A stretch of DNA of 64,000 nt, from contig JAUGWO010000097.1 of the NCBI GenBank assembly GCA_049724395.1, positions 62,001 through 126,000 of the forward strand. Reading direction: 5' to 3'. Source of the DNA: Spongospora subterranea f. sp. subterranea. Taxonomy: Eukaryota. The notes under the pieces are model-generated. The model searched no databases. It had not been told where the DNA came from and saw nothing but the letters and a program-made list of their open reading frames with translations. Made by a program: the position numbers and the translations under genes. Of this stretch, positions 62,510-64,000 are shown piece after piece. Positions within the stretch are counted from its first letter, which is position 1. The number at the start of each line of letters is the position of its first letter.

Positions 62510-64000
62510 CTATGACTGTTGGATTAGCGACCGGACCATGCACGGGAATTGTTTCGGATGCGGTGCGATGGTGCCTTGGACTGCCAGCTGCATTGACAGT
62601 TGGAGTCTTCGTTGCGCTTGCTGATGTATAAGACTTGACAGCCTTTCCACTATGACTTCTCGAAAGGGATTTAGTATTAGCTGGCTTGGGAAGCGAGCTT
62701 GGGCTGAATTGACCCATTGGGCCTGACATTTCATCATCGTCTTCATCCGCTCTTCGGCGTCTGTCAAATAGTTATTAACTATTCGGAACATGCTGTGTTC
62801 CCAGTACCTTGTACAACACGAACTATCGTTCGATATTGCGCAATAACAACCACACACTCCCAACAGCAATGTGGTACCGGCAAACGCAGCGATTGCTATC
62901 AAAATGACAGGATTTGTCTGTTCAATTGCGTCCAAAATTGTTTTAGGTGAGCTTGGTTGAATTGCGTCACTTGATGATGTCAAACTCTCGTCTTTATACC
63001 TGCATAATGCTAAGATCCACCCGTGTCGAGCCCTTCAAGGGCATTTACCTAGAAGACGGAATATATCCACCAGGGAACTCTTTTTGACATGATGATTGTA
63101 CAATGCGTCCTGTTGCGACCAACGCATACGGCTGAGTTGCTCTTATAGGCAATGATCGAGCGTTCACTTGAACAGTGATTTCCACTCCGGGCTGTATAGA
63201 TCCAGGTAAAACCACGCGCTCAACCGTGTTCACAGCGTCAAGTGACCCTAACTCATTGGCTATATCAAGGCGATCCTGTCAGAGATGCAACGAATTGTGA
63301 TGGAGCGACGACATACGATAATATATCGCGCTGGGATTATCACTTGTATTGACTGTGAGGTCCAGATTCTGAACCAGTTGGGTTGTCGCTTGTGATGACG
63401 AAGGGTAATCGGTCCAGACGAGGGTAAATCGTGGAGGATATGACGAATACAAATAACTGACACAAAATGTGTAGGAATGGGTCTGTTTAGATTTCAAAGA
63501 AGGATCAGAACCATTCACACCCTAACAAGTTCACCCGAATCAGTTCGACTCTCGTCCACAGCAATTATACCGAGCACAATCTTACCCGAGGAGCATAGGT
63601 GGTATGCTTGGCGGCATTATCGGCAAAGTTCAAGACTCGATTCAGTTTCAATCGGCCGAAACCTTGGTATTTATCGGGTGCACTGTTATCAGCGATTACT
63701 TGTGTATCCAGATAATCTTTGTTGATGTATCTTCTTCTCCTGATTTCGAACGAACCCGATATCGCTAATGCTTTCAGCAAGGCGGCCGACGGATTGATAG
63801 CTGCAGACAGATTCTGGACCCCTTTGGCGAGATAGCCTTGCATCAAATATTGCCTAACCAGGTCTACAACCGGTGTCATGTCAGGAACTTGGCCAACCTC
63901 CTATCCCTGTGAAACTGCTTACGTAAATGGGATGCAACATGTGGTGCCGCCATTGAAGTCCCTTGATCGATATACAGATCTGAACTTTCCGACCCATTGC
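62510..64000 (-). CDS. Membrane-anchored subtilisin (S8, KP-43/TagABC-like), 3' part
   Basis: Catalytic QGTSMAAPHVA, LVRQYLMQG..PSAALLKAL, QGFGR, TLVWTDYP..LVQNLDLTV, NTVERV, QPYALV, then a TM helix and cytosolic tail. Runs off the window edge. Confidence 0.92.

Overview
Gene-dense eukaryotic nuclear DNA (GC roughly 45% by eye) with many short, mostly 45-70 nt GT-AG introns. Flagellar/centriolar genes (ARL13, SSNA1) together with a DASH Ask1-like gene suggest a flagellated protist; a plasmodiophorid (Phytomyxea) is my best guess, by inference only. The left half mixes housekeeping genes (SF3B4, Ask1-like, CCDC12, a KH/RS protein, an HD hydrolase, TRAP-gamma) with decayed transposons (copia, Harbinger, LINE, pogo, DD39D mariner). 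The right half is a run of conserved genes (MZT-like, ARL13, FYVE, TPX2, METTL15, SSNA1, ZGRF1, M1 aminopeptidase, VPS15, CLC, subtilisin). Two observations stand out. (1) A candidate [D1,2] spliceosomal twin intron (stwintron) splits the GAMEN motif of the aminopeptidase. (2) About 200-bp foldback inverted duplications recur inside three or four unrelated transposon relics, with mismatches skewed toward G:U pairs on the TE-sense strand, suggesting TE-derived hairpin-RNA loci. Several conserved genes carry single-base frameshifts that look like assembly errors, which is a caveat for (1). All gene models were spliced and compared by eye, without database searches.
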